Shown here: positions 9,291-18,467 of the stretch, piece after piece | Numbering within the stretch: position 1 is the first letter of the stretch | Layout of the letters: each line of letters opens with the position of its first letter | Origin: an uncultured Christensenella sp. | GTDB taxonomy: Bacteria > Bacillota > Clostridia > Christensenellales > UBA1242 | Assembly (NCBI GenBank): GCA_905203645.1 | Contig: CAJKWP010000001.1 | Location: 1-46,364 of the forward strand | Direction: 5' to 3' | Length of the DNA stretch: 46,364 bases | Made by a program: the position numbers and the translations under genes | The notes under the pieces: generated by a model | Told to the model about the DNA's origin: nothing | Database searches by the model: none | The model's input: only the letters and a program-made list of their open reading frames with translations

Positions 9291-9923
9291 ATGGCCGGTT
9301 GGTTGATTTTGATATTTATAGCGATGGCATTGTTTGTTGGTTTTATAATTTTTGACAAGCGTAAGTTTTTGTTGGAAAAAATAAAAAAGATACTTAAAAT
9401 TAAGCCCAAAGTAAAGAAGGAAAAAAAAGAAAAATTAAATAAAGAGAAAAAGAAAGAGAAAGTATCCAAAAAAAACAAAAAACAACATGATGCTCACAAA
9501 GAAGAAAAACAAGATTATGACACAATGGTCGACCAAGATAATTTGATGGTTGGAAAAGTTTTTGAACCAGAAGTTAATGATACCAATACAGAATTTGTTG
9601 ATAATTTGCATGAAGACGATATTGACCTTGACAAACTTTTGGCTGAACTTGAAAAAGCTGACCATGAATCAGCTCAAAAGTATAAAGATGACAAATTTAA
9701 TGAAGATAGCAATTTTTTCAAAAACGCTGACAATTTGTCGCTTGACGAAATGAATGACTTTTTGGAAAACACACTGACAAATGATACATCATCTCGCAAC
9801 CATCTTGGAAGATATGGTCTAAACACAAACCTGAGTGGGAAAGAACTTGGCGATGCAATAAAAAATCTTCCACCACAAATCAAAGCAATAATCATAAGCG
9901 ATATACTCAAACCAAAATTTTGA
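9291..9923 (+). CDS. hypothetical membrane-anchored protein with Lys-rich then acidic low-complexity regions
   Basis: 210 aa. One N-terminal TM (WLILIFIAMALFVGFIIF), a KKEKKEK stretch, an acidic middle and a conserved-looking C-terminus. Starts 14 nt after floA. Confidence 0.6.
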   Translation: MAGWLILIFIAMALFVGFIIFDKRKFLLEKIKKILKIKPKVKKEKKEKLNKEKKKEKVSKKNKKQHDAHKEEKQDYDTMVDQDNLMVGKVFEPEVNDTNTEFVDNLHEDDIDLDKLLAELEKADHESAQKYKDDKFNEDSNFFKNADNLSLDEMNDFLENTLTNDTSSRNHLGRYGLNTNLSGKELGDAIKNLPPQIKAIIISDILKPKF

Positions 9924-9986
9924 TATTGCTTAAAATATTGATAAAAATAATTCATCATAATAAAAATACGAATTTAAAAAAAAATA

Positions 9987-10029
9987 AAATCACAAAATAA
10001 TTATTTTCAATTTTTTGTGATTTTTTTTA
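9987..10029. terminator. bidirectional terminator between convergent genes
   Basis: AAATCACAAAA (9987-9997) pairs with TTTTGTGATTT (10013-10023). A-run on the left, T-run on the right. Confidence 0.7.
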
Positions 10030-10047
10030 CAGTTTTTTTGTTATTTA

Positions 10048-10788
10048 TCAATATCCTTCGATAAGCATCTTGTCAGCAACAAGTGCAATAAATTCGCCAT
10101 TTGTTGGCTTTTCATTTGTATCATAAACCTTTATTTTGAATACCGAATTTATATTTTCGATTTTTCCACGGTTCCATGCAACTTCGATGGCGTGTCTTAT
10201 TGCTCTTTCAACTTTGCTTGCACTTGTTTGAAATTTTGTAGCAATGGCAGGATACAGTTTTTTTGTGATAGAATTTATTATATCAGGATTGTCTATTGCA
10301 AGTTTAATTGCTTCACGCAAATATTGATATCCTTTGATGTGGGCAGGGATGCCGACTGTAATAAATATGTTTGTTATTTTTTCTTCCAATGCCTTGTTTT
10401 TTGCTGCAGGCGCAGGTGCTTGCTCGGTTTCAAAAAGCTCGACTATCCTTTTTTGAAGTACGTTTTTGTCTACAGGCTTGATCATATAATAATTGGCTCC
10501 TTCTGACATGGCTTTTGAAATAAAACCGTCCAATGTCAATGACGAATTGATAATTATTTTTGGTTTGTTTTCAAGTTTGTTGATTTTTGAAAGCAATTCA
10601 AATCCATCAATTCCGCCGATAACAACATCTAAGATAAGCAAGTCGACTTTATTGTTTTTCAAATACTCAAATGTTTTTTCTCCGTTGTTTTCTGTGCCGA
10701 CTACATCATATTTATCTTTAAAAAAATCTTGTAACTCTGCACGATAATTATCGCTATTGTCTGCGATAAAAAGTTTTAATTTTTCCAT
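10048..10788 (-). CDS. spo0A: sporulation master response regulator Spo0A
   Basis: 246 aa. Receiver domain plus the Spo0A-specific C-terminal domain (GIPAHIKGYQYLREAI..., SASKVERAIRHAIEVAWNRG, KPTNGEFIALVADK). Confidence 0.93.
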   Translation of the reverse strand: MEKLKLFIADNSDNYRAELQDFFKDKYDVVGTENNGEKTFEYLKNNKVDLLILDVVIGGIDGFELLSKINKLENKPKIIINSSLTLDGFISKAMSEGANYYMIKPVDKNVLQKRIVELFETEQAPAPAAKNKALEEKITNIFITVGIPAHIKGYQYLREAIKLAIDNPDIINSITKKLYPAIATKFQTSASKVERAIRHAIEVAWNRGKIENINSVFKIKVYDTNEKPTNGEFIALVADKMLIEGY

Positions 10789-11055
10789 AAATCCTCCCGA
10801 TTTCTGCTTTAGGATAGCACACCATTTTTTTTTGTTAAAGCAGAAAAAACGCTATAAATTGGGTATTTTTGAAAGAAAAAAAGATATACGCTAGAAAAAT
10901 GTCAAATTATTTTCGATAAACTTAAATTAAATTAAAGATTTCAGTAATTTTTTAGAACGAAAAAGCGAATTTTGCGATATTAGTTTTTGCTTGTAATTTG
11001 TTGATTGTTTTTGAAAATTGCTGTATTATTATAGATGTAAGTTGAAGAGGGTAAT

Positions 11056-11721
11056 ATGAAAAAATTGGTAATCGCAATTGATGGTCCAGCGGGGAGTGGA
11101 AAGTCTACAGTCGCTAAGCAATTGGCAAAAAAATACAACATACTCCATTTGAATACGGGAAGTATCTACAGAGCATTTTCTCTGTATTGTTTGGAAAATA
11201 ATATTGACATTTATGATCAAAATTCAGTTGAACAAGTTTTACAGAATATTGATTTACAAATCAAATTTGAAAATAACGAGCAAATTGATATTTTGAATGG
11301 CAGAGTGGTTACGCCATTTCTTAGACAAGAAAAAATTTCCAATGCCAGTTCGGTTGTTTCACAATACGCATATGTAAGACACAAAGCTGTCGAATTGCAA
11401 AGAAAAATTGCCAGCAAAATGAGTGTTATTGTTGAAGGAAGGGATATAACAAGCGTTGTTTTGCCAGATGCGAACTTCAAGTTTTTTATTACTGCCAGTC
11501 CACAAATTCGTGCAAAACGTAGATATGATGAAAATATTCAAAAAGGCATTTTGTGTGATTATGAAACAATACTTCAAGATATAAAAGAACGCGACCTGCG
11601 TGACGAAACACGAAAAAATTCACCACTTGTCATCGTCAAAGACGCTGTTGTAATTGATACGTCAAACATGAATATTGATCAAGTGGTGTCCGAATTTGAA
11701 AAAGTTATAGACAAGGGATAA
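11056..11721 (+). CDS. cmk: cytidylate kinase
   Basis: 221 aa. IAIDGPAGSGKSTVAK P-loop and GRDITSVV. Confidence 0.93.
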   Translation: MKKLVIAIDGPAGSGKSTVAKQLAKKYNILHLNTGSIYRAFSLYCLENNIDIYDQNSVEQVLQNIDLQIKFENNEQIDILNGRVVTPFLRQEKISNASSVVSQYAYVRHKAVELQRKIASKMSVIVEGRDITSVVLPDANFKFFITASPQIRAKRRYDENIQKGILCDYETILQDIKERDLRDETRKNSPLVIVKDAVVIDTSNMNIDQVVSEFEKVIDKG

Positions 11722-11798
11722 TTTTTTAAAAAAACACTTGCTATTTGTGCAAAGAAATGATATATTATGTGTAAAGTTTTTTTACTTGACAGGTGATT

Positions 11799-12098
11799 AT
11801 GGGCGAACTTAACAAAAATGTGTATATTTGCAAGTTGATTGACTGTTATGGTGAACTTTTGAAGCAATCGCAACTTCAACTTTTGAAAGATTATTATTTT
11901 GATGATTTTTCGTTGTCAGAACTTGCTTCAAACAACGGCATAACACGTCAGGCGATAAGTGAAAGTTTGAATTTGTCACTTGGAAAACTTGAAAAGTATG
12001 AGCAAAAATTGCATCATGTTCAAATTATGGAAATCGTTGATGCAATGGATGAACAAAATTTTCAGCAATCAAAAAAAACTTTGAAAAATCTTTTATAA
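11799..12098 (+). CDS. ylxM: YlxM/UPF0122 putative helix-turn-helix protein upstream of ffh
   Basis: About 99 aa. LLKDYYFDDFSLSELA...GITRQAIS HTH. An alternative GTG start lies at 11793. Conserved ylxM-ffh pairing. Confidence 0.8.
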   Translation: MGELNKNVYICKLIDCYGELLKQSQLQLLKDYYFDDFSLSELASNNGITRQAISESLNLSLGKLEKYEQKLHHVQIMEIVDAMDEQNFQQSKKTLKNLL

Positions 12099-12107
12099 GG
12101 TGGAGAG

Positions 12108-13421
12108 ATGGCTTTATTTTCTGGACTGAGTGAAAAACTTGGGCACGTATTTTCAAAACTTACAAATCGTGGAAGATTGACAGAACTTGAAGTGAAAGAA
12201 GCAATGCGAGAAATCAAACTTGCTCTTTTGGAAGCGGACGTCAATTATCTTGTTGTAAAAGATTTTATTGCCAAAACAAGTGAAAAATGTTTGGGTGATG
12301 AAGTTTTGAAAAGTCTTACACCATCACAACAGGTTATAAAAATCGTAAATGAAGAACTTGTTGCTTTGATGAGCAGTCCAAATCAAAAACTTGCCGTTTC
12401 AAGCAGTTTGCCAACTGTCTACATGATGTGTGGATTGCAAGGTGCGGGCAAAACTACAATGTGTGCAAAACTTGCTGGTTATTTGAAAAAATCTGGCAAA
12501 AAGCCTTTGCTTGTCGCTTGTGATATTTACAGACCCGCTGCGATTGATCAACTGAAAATTGTTGGGAAACAGACCAATACACAAGTGTTTGAAAAGGGAA
12601 CTCAAAACCCGGTAAAAACCGCAAAACAAGCGGTTGACTTTGCATTGAAGCAAGGATTTGACACGGTTATAATTGACACTGCGGGCAGACTTCATATCAA
12701 CGAAGAATTGATGAACGAACTCAAAAAAATCAAAGCCGAAGTCAAACCAACCGAAATTTTGCTTACAGTTGACGCTATGACTGGACAAGATGCAGTCAAC
12801 GTTGCAAAGGCATTCAATGACGAACTTGACATCACTGGTGTGATTATCACAAAACTGGATGGTGACACAAGGGGTGGTGCAGCGCTTTCAATAAAAGCGA
12901 TTTGCAACAAGCCAATCAAATTTTGCGGTGTAGGTGAAAAAATTGGTGATATTGAACCATTCTATCCAGACAGAATTGCAAGTCGTATTTTGGGAATGGG
13001 CGATGTACTTTCACTTATTGAAAAAGCGCAAAATGCAGTTGATGAAGAAAGTGCCAAAAAACTTGAACAAAGTTTCAGGCAAAACACTTTTACTTTTGAA
13101 GATTACTTGGTTTCGGTTGAACAAATCAAAAAGATGGGCAATTTGAAAGATATTTTGTCTATGTTGCCAGGAGTTTCAAACAAGATTTCAAGTCTTGACA
13201 TTGATGAAAAACAAATTGTCAGAAACAAAGCAATCATTCAAAGCATGACAAAAAAAGAAAGACTTAATCCTGACCTTATAAAAGCCAGTCAAAAGAAGCG
13301 TATCGCACAGGGAAGTGGAACGTCAATTCAGGACGTTAACATGCTTTTGAAACAGTTTGAGCAATCAAAAGAGATGATGAAGCAGCTCAAAGGCAAGAAA
13401 GGCTTGAAAGGGATGTTTTGA
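12108..13421 (+). CDS. ffh: signal recognition particle protein Ffh
   Basis: 437 aa. GLQGAGKTT, DTAGR and TKLDGDTRGGAA GTPase motifs. Met-rich M domain. Confidence 0.96.
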   Translation: MALFSGLSEKLGHVFSKLTNRGRLTELEVKEAMREIKLALLEADVNYLVVKDFIAKTSEKCLGDEVLKSLTPSQQVIKIVNEELVALMSSPNQKLAVSSSLPTVYMMCGLQGAGKTTMCAKLAGYLKKSGKKPLLVACDIYRPAAIDQLKIVGKQTNTQVFEKGTQNPVKTAKQAVDFALKQGFDTVIIDTAGRLHINEELMNELKKIKAEVKPTEILLTVDAMTGQDAVNVAKAFNDELDITGVIITKLDGDTRGGAALSIKAICNKPIKFCGVGEKIGDIEPFYPDRIASRILGMGDVLSLIEKAQNAVDEESAKKLEQSFRQNTFTFEDYLVSVEQIKKMGNLKDILSMLPGVSNKISSLDIDEKQIVRNKAIIQSMTKKERLNPDLIKASQKKRIAQGSGTSIQDVNMLLKQFEQSKEMMKQLKGKKGLKGMF

Positions 13422-13513
13422 TGCGTCGAATGGCGTATTGATCAAGACGGATATTATTCAACTTGAAGAAATTTGAGTTGTTAATATAAACAAAACAAAT
13501 TTAGGAGGAAAAA

Positions 13514-13765
13514 ATGGCAGTAAAAATCAGACTTACAAGAATGGGAGATAAAAAATCACCTTTTTATCGTGTAGTTGTTGCTGATTCAAGATCACCAAGA
13601 GATGGCAGATTTATCGAAATTCTTGGTACCTACAACCCACTTACAGAACCAGCAGAAATCAAGTTGGATGCTGACAAAGCAAAAAAGTGGATTGCAAATG
13701 GCGCTCAACCAACCCAAGTTGCAAAAGATTTGCTTGTAAAGAGTGGCATTATCGAAAAGAAATAG
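13514..13765 (+). CDS. rpsP: 30S ribosomal protein S16
   Basis: 83 aa. [41 protein letters not shown]. Confidence 0.95.
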   Translation: MAVKIRLTRMGDKKSPFYRVVVADSRSPRDGRFIEILGTYNPLTEPAEIKLDADKAKKWIANGAQPTQVAKDLLVKSGIIEKK

Positions 13766-13775
13766 GAGCAAATTG

Positions 13776-14009
13776 ATGAAAGATTTAGTAAATTATATCA
13801 TTTGTGCTTTGGTAGATAATGCTGACAACATTTCGGTGGACGAAAAAATTGACGCCAATACTGTTGTTATAACTGTAAAAGTTCCAGCTGACCAAATTGG
13901 AAAAGTTATCGGCAAAAATGGCAGAATCGCAACAAGTATAAGAAATATAGTAAGAAGCATTTCTGCAAAAGAAAAGAAAAAATATATTGTCAAAATTGGT
14001 GAAAATTGA
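13776..14009 (+). CDS. khpA: KH-domain RNA-binding protein (YlqC/KhpA family)
   Basis: 77 aa from the ATG at 13776 (AGGAG at 13764-13768). KH GxxG motif (IGKVIGKNGRIA). Conserved rpsP-KH-rimM order. Confidence 0.8.
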   Translation: MKDLVNYIICALVDNADNISVDEKIDANTVVITVKVPADQIGKVIGKNGRIATSIRNIVRSISAKEKKKYIVKIGEN

Positions 14010-14506
14010 TGCAACAAGTTTCCGTTGGCAAAATTGTAAAACCACAAGGTTTGAATGGCGAAGTAAAAATATTGCTTTCGACAGATAACCTTGCGGTTTT
14101 TAATAATTTGAAATATCTTTATGTGGGTGTTTCAAAAGCAAAGATTGAAAGCCTAAGGTTGAACGACCAATTTGCATTTGTAAAATTTGCAGGAATTGAT
14201 GATGTTGACAAAGCCGAAATGTTAAGGGGAAAGTTTGTCAGTGTTGACAAAAACGACTTTTTGTTGCCTGAAGATCAATACTTGATTGAAGACATTTTGG
14301 ACAGTCAAATATTTGACCAACAAAACAATTTTGTTGGCAAGCTTGTTGATGTTGAGCAATATGGTGCCGCTGATGTTTGGGTTATATTTGCAGATGGCAG
14401 AGAGTATCAAGTCCCTTTTTTGAAGGAAATATTTGTAAAAGTTTTTCCACAGCAAAAGCTGATAATTGTTGACAAAGAAAAATTTGACCAACATAAAATT
14501 TGTTGA
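14009..14506 (+). CDS. rimM: 16S rRNA processing protein RimM
   Basis: VGKIVKPQGLNGEVKI and a PRC-barrel C-terminus. ATG at 14009 overlaps the upstream stop (the track ORF begins at TTG 14006). Confidence 0.88.
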   Translation: MQQVSVGKIVKPQGLNGEVKILLSTDNLAVFNNLKYLYVGVSKAKIESLRLNDQFAFVKFAGIDDVDKAEMLRGKFVSVDKNDFLLPEDQYLIEDILDSQIFDQQNNFVGKLVDVEQYGAADVWVIFADGREYQVPFLKEIFVKVFPQQKLIIVDKEKFDQHKIC

Positions 14507-14512
14507 GGACAT

Positions 14513-15193
14513 ATGAAAATCGATATTTTAACTTTGTTTCCCGAAATGTTTTCCGCACTTGATGAAAGCATTTTGAAAAAAGCAAAAGAAAAAGGTATTT
14601 TGGATATTGACTTGGTTAATATTCGCGATTTTTCATTGGATCCAAACAAACGTTGCGACGATTATTGCTATGGCGGTGGAAGCGGAATGTTGATGACGCC
14701 TCAGCCATTGTATGACAGTATAAAAAGCGTTTTGAAAGATGACACAACATTGATATATATGTCACCAAAAGGCAAAAAATTGAACGACAATTTGGCGTTT
14801 GAACTCAGCCAAAAACCACATATTGCAATAATTTGCGGTCATTATGAAGGCATAGACGAACGTATACTTGATATTTTCAAACCAATGGAAATAAGCATTG
14901 GTGATTATGTTCTTACAGGTGGTGAATTGCCTGCTATGGTGCTTGTAGACTGTGTATCTCGCAAAATACAAGGTGTATTGGGCAATCAACACTCAGAAGA
15001 AGATGAAAGTTTCAAAAATAACCTTTTGGAGTATCCACAATACACAAGACCTGCTGATTTTATGGGACACAAGGTTCCCGAAATTTTGCTTTCGGGAAAT
15101 CATCAAAAAGTTGATGAATATCGCAAAGAATTGGCAAAAAAAATCACAAAAGAAAGACGTGCAGATTTGTTGGGGGAAGGAAATGAAAATTAA
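14513..15193 (+). CDS. trmD: tRNA (guanine37-N1)-methyltransferase
   Basis: 226 aa. ILTLFPEMF, DDYCYGGGSGMLM and ICGHYEGIDER. Confidence 0.95.
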   Translation: MKIDILTLFPEMFSALDESILKKAKEKGILDIDLVNIRDFSLDPNKRCDDYCYGGGSGMLMTPQPLYDSIKSVLKDDTTLIYMSPKGKKLNDNLAFELSQKPHIAIICGHYEGIDERILDIFKPMEISIGDYVLTGGELPAMVLVDCVSRKIQGVLGNQHSEEDESFKNNLLEYPQYTRPADFMGHKVPEILLSGNHQKVDEYRKELAKKITKERRADLLGEGNEN

Positions 15194-16013
15194 CTGGTTT
15201 CCAGGGCATATGACCAAGTCATTAAGAATGATGCAAAAAGAAGTAAGCAACGTTGATGTGCTTATTTATCTTTTGGATGCCCGCGCACCCAAAAGTTGTA
15301 TCAATCCAAAATTTGTTTCGATTGCAAAAGACAAACAAATTTTGTACGTGCTTAACAAATATGACCTTGCAGATGAAAAAAAACTCAAAGCAATAAAATC
15401 TGAACTTTCTTCAACAGCTCCCGTTTTGGAACTTAACAGTGCAAAATCTGGCGCAGGCAAAATTGTTGAGTCGATGCTTTTAAAGCTTTCAAAAACAAAA
15501 ATTGAAAAGTACAAGCAAAAAGGCATAAAATATACTCCAAAGGCAATGGTAATCGGTGTTCCCAATTGCGGCAAAAGCACGCTTATAAACAACCTTTGTG
15601 GTGAAAGCAAAGCAATCACCGGTAACAGACCTGGAGTTACTCGTGGCAAACAACTTGTCACACTGAAAAGTGGAATACAACTTATTGACACACCAGGTAC
15701 ATTGTGGCCATCATTTGATGACCAAACAACAGCACGAAACTTGGCGCTTGTTGGCAGTATCAAAGATGACGTTGTCAATCTTGTTGAATTGGCGTGTGAG
15801 TTTGTAAAATTTTTGAAACACGCATATCCTGATTGCTTGCTTCAAAGATACAAACTTGAAAGTTTGGCAGATGACGATTTGCAAGTTTTGAGTGATATTT
15901 CAAAAAAACGCGGTTTGCTTTTGAAAGGCGGAGAGCCTGATATTGACAAGGGTGCCGTTGCACTGTTGAACGATTTTCGCAAAGGCTTGCTTGGAAAAAT
16001 TTGTTTGGATTGA
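15183..16013 (+). CDS. rbgA: ribosome biogenesis GTPase A (YlqF)
   Basis: 276 aa from the ATG at 15183. MKINWFPGHM. Circularly permuted GTPase order: NKYDLA (G4) precedes GVPNCGKSTLIN (G1) and DTPG (G3). The upstream 77 codons of the track ORF overlap trmD and are discarded. Confidence 0.9.
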   Translation: MKINWFPGHMTKSLRMMQKEVSNVDVLIYLLDARAPKSCINPKFVSIAKDKQILYVLNKYDLADEKKLKAIKSELSSTAPVLELNSAKSGAGKIVESMLLKLSKTKIEKYKQKGIKYTPKAMVIGVPNCGKSTLINNLCGESKAITGNRPGVTRGKQLVTLKSGIQLIDTPGTLWPSFDDQTTARNLALVGSIKDDVVNLVELACEFVKFLKHAYPDCLLQRYKLESLADDDLQVLSDISKKRGLLLKGGEPDIDKGAVALLNDFRKGLLGKICLD

Positions 16014-16017
16014 AAAT

Positions 16018-16356
16018 ATGCAACATATAATTTTGGGAATGAAAGGTGAGATACTTGCAAGAAAGTATCTTGAACAAAACAATTACAAAATATTAAAGAC
16101 CAATTACAAAAACAAAATTGGTGAAATTGATATCATTGCAAAAGACAAAAACTGTGTTGTTTTTGTCGAAGTCAAAACTCGAACTTCGGAAAAATACGGC
16201 CGAGCAAGTGAAGCAGTTGACAAACGCAAACAGCACAAAATTCGAAACATTGCAACAGTTTATCTTATGAAACAAAAACTGTTGGACGGGCAAGTCAGAT
16301 TTGATGTAATCGAAGTATATGATGAAAGTATAAACCATATACAAAATGCGTTTTGA
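16018..16356 (+). CDS. yraN: YraN-family (UPF0102) endonuclease-like protein
   Basis: [30 protein letters not shown]...[12 protein letters not shown] at 16018 lies just after the rbgA stop. Confidence 0.8.
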   Translation: MQHIILGMKGEILARKYLEQNNYKILKTNYKNKIGEIDIIAKDKNCVVFVEVKTRTSEKYGRASEAVDKRKQHKIRNIATVYLMKQKLLDGQVRFDVIEVYDESINHIQNAF

Positions 16357-16405
16357 TACAAAAAAAGATATTTGTCAATTTCAAAAAAAAATATAAAAAA
16401 AAGAC

Positions 16406-16517
16406 TTGCCAACAAAAAAGAAATATGCTAAAATACAACAAGACTTCGGGTGCTCCGCTGTTTTATTTGTTGCAAACAAAGGACAAACATGAACACTTTG
16501 ATAAAAAGGAGAATGAA
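16406..16517 (+). promoter_or_regulatory. rplS promoter plus about 80-nt leader (candidate L19 ribosomal-protein leader)
   Basis: TTGCCA (16406-16411), 17 nt, TGcTAAAAT (hexamer 16429-16434), then a long leader before AAGGAG. Firmicutes have an L19 leader at this position. The fold was not verified. Confidence 0.35.
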
Positions 16518-16865
16518 ATGAACATAGTTGACGTTATTGAAAAAGAAAATATGCGTGAAAATGCTCCAGAAATTCAAGTCGGTGATACTGTAAAAGTATA
16601 CTACAAAATCAAAGAAGGTGACAAAGAAAGACTTCAAGGTTATGAAGGCGTTGTTATCGCAAAAAGAAATGGCAGTGTTCGTGAAACATTTACTGTAAGA
16701 AGAATATCCTACGGTGTCGGTGTTGAAAGAACTTTCCCTGTACATTCACCTTTGATTGAAAGGGTAGAACTTGTAAGAAAAGCCAACCCAAGAAGAGCAA
16801 AACTTTACTATGTAAGAAACCTTACTGGAAAAGCCGCTAAAATCAAATCAAAAGATAACAAATAA
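16518..16865 (+). CDS. rplS: 50S ribosomal protein L19
   Basis: 115 aa from the ATG at 16518. [43 protein letters not shown]. Confidence 0.95.
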   Translation: MNIVDVIEKENMRENAPEIQVGDTVKVYYKIKEGDKERLQGYEGVVIAKRNGSVRETFTVRRISYGVGVERTFPVHSPLIERVELVRKANPRRAKLYYVRNLTGKAAKIKSKDNK

Positions 16866-16911
16866 TCAAACACAAGGTTTTCCTTGATTGATGTTTTGTT
16901 ATAAAGACCAA

Positions 16912-16937
16912 AATTGCCCAAAAGGCAATTTTTTTTA
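16912..16937 (+). terminator. rho-independent terminator after rplS
   Basis: AATTGCC (16912-16918), caaaa loop, GGCAATT (16924-16930), then T6. Confidence 0.8.
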
Positions 16938-17060
16938 TGCAAAAATATCAGCAAACTCGATATTTTTGATGAAATTCATCGAGTTTCTCGATAATTGCTC
17001 AAAAACGACTAAATCATGTTGGGCGTTAATACTCAGTAAAAAGCAATGATATACAGGAAA

Positions 17061-17092
17061 AAAAGTGGCAGTGAAATGCCACTTTTTGTTTT
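17061..17092 (+). terminator. second strong hairpin terminator about 125 nt after the rplS terminator
   Basis: AAAAGTGGCA (17061-17070), gtgaaa loop, TGCCACTTTT (17077-17086), followed by a T-rich run. Confidence 0.7.
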
Positions 17093-17189
17093 TTATATTT
17101 TTTTCTGTTTTTTGCGGAAAATAAAAGCTTTTAGGCAAAATATTAACATAAATTTCTGTTGGCTAATATATTGTTACTGAGAGGTTTCA

Positions 17190-18467
17190 GTGGATAAAAT
17201 AGAAATTTGTGGTGGCAAAAAACTTTATGGCACCTTGAGTATATCAAGCAGTAAAAACGCAATACTTCCTATTTTGGCAGGAAGTATTTTGTGTAATGGC
17301 AAAGTTGTTTTGAAGAACATACCAGAGTTTGAAGATATAAAAAATATGTGCAATATTTTGCAAACATTGGGTGCCGATATAACAAAGAAAAATGGAACAT
17401 TGGAATTAAACTGCAAGAATATTTGCAATTTTGAACTTCCTGAATGTCAAACAAAACTTTTACGGTCTTCGATTTTTTGTTTGGGGCCGATGCTTGCAAG
17501 GCTCAAAAAAGCAAAAATATCATATCCTGGTGGATGTGCGATAGGGGCAAGACCAATAGATTTACATATTGAAGGTTTGAAAACACTTGGTGTGAAAATT
17601 GATGAACAAGACAGTTTTTTGATGTGTGATGGTGAAAATATGAAGGCAAACGACATACACTTGCGATTTGCAAGTGTGGGTGCCACTGAAAATTTGATGA
17701 TGGCTTGTTGTTGTGCCAAGGGAATGTCACACATTTTCAATCCTGCTCGAGAGCCAGAGATTGTTGATTTGCAGAACTTTTTGAACAGTATGGGGGCAAA
17801 AATAAGTGGTGCCGGCACAAAACGCATCACGATAAAAGGCAGTGAAGACTTTTGTTCAACAATTTACTCGCCTATTTCTGACAGGATAATCACTGGAACA
17901 TTTTTGACAGCGGTTGCTATGACAGGTGGAAAGGTTACATTGAAAAATACAAAAGCGGAACATTTGAAATCTTTGATACAAAAAATTGAAAATAAATGTT
18001 GCAAAATACAGGTTGATAGTGATAAAATAATTGTGCAAGGTGATGGATGTCCAAAGTCATTTGGACACATCCAAACAAAACCTTATCCAGGGTTCCCGAC
18101 GGACTTGCAATCTCAGATGGTTGCGTTGGCTTGCGTTTGCAAAGGGAAGAGCAGTGTAACTGAAAATCTTTTTGAAACGCGTTTCAAGCATGTTCCGCAA
18201 CTTCAAAAAATGGGCGCTGATATAACTGTGGATGGCAAAGTGGCAACTATAAACGGTGGTTTTTTGCATGGGGCGCAGGTGACTGCAACAGATTTGCGAA
18301 GTGGCGCATGTTTGGTTTGTGCTGGTCTTGCTGCAAATGGGAAAACCACAGTGAGTGATGTACATCATATTGACCGTGGATATCAAAAGATTGAGCAAGA
18401 TTTTGCCAGTCTTGGGGCAGACATAAAAAGGATAAAAATTGAAGAAGAAAGCGATAATAATATCTAG
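17190..18467 (+). CDS. murA: UDP-N-acetylglucosamine 1-carboxyvinyltransferase
   Basis: 425 aa with a GTG start. Active-site loop YPGGCAIGARPIDLH retains the Cys. FPTDLQ motif. Confidence 0.95.
   Translation: MDKIEICGGKKLYGTLSISSSKNAILPILAGSILCNGKVVLKNIPEFEDIKNMCNILQTLGADITKKNGTLELNCKNICNFELPECQTKLLRSSIFCLGPMLARLKKAKISYPGGCAIGARPIDLHIEGLKTLGVKIDEQDSFLMCDGENMKANDIHLRFASVGATENLMMACCCAKGMSHIFNPAREPEIVDLQNFLNSMGAKISGAGTKRITIKGSEDFCSTIYSPISDRIITGTFLTAVAMTGGKVTLKNTKAEHLKSLIQKIENKCCKIQVDSDKIIVQGDGCPKSFGHIQTKPYPGFPTDLQSQMVALACVCKGKSSVTENLFETRFKHVPQLQKMGADITVDGKVATINGGFLHGAQVTATDLRSGACLVCAGLAANGKTTVSDVHHIDRGYQKIEQDFASLGADIKRIKIEEESDNNI

Noticed and set aside
9400-9490. Near-homopurine A/G tract that looks like a simple repeat
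   Set aside because: It is in frame within the 9291-9923 ORF and encodes the KKEKKEK block. It is coding low complexity rather than a repeat element.
10789-11055. Searched the spo0A upstream region for 0A boxes (TGNCGAA) and a sigma-H promoter
   Set aside because: Only near matches are present, for example TATCGAA next to a TTGACA on the - strand at about 10905-10925. There is also an 8-bp stem (CTGCTTTA/TAAAGCAG) in the leader. This is not convincing enough to call.
14952-15182. N-terminal 77 codons of the 353-aa track ORF
   Set aside because: This part overlaps trmD in another frame. The conserved RbgA N-terminus MKINWFPGHM begins at 15183.
15266-15778. 170-aa - strand ORF
   Set aside because: Antisense to rbgA, whose GTPase motifs are clear. 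No RBS and a low-complexity composition.
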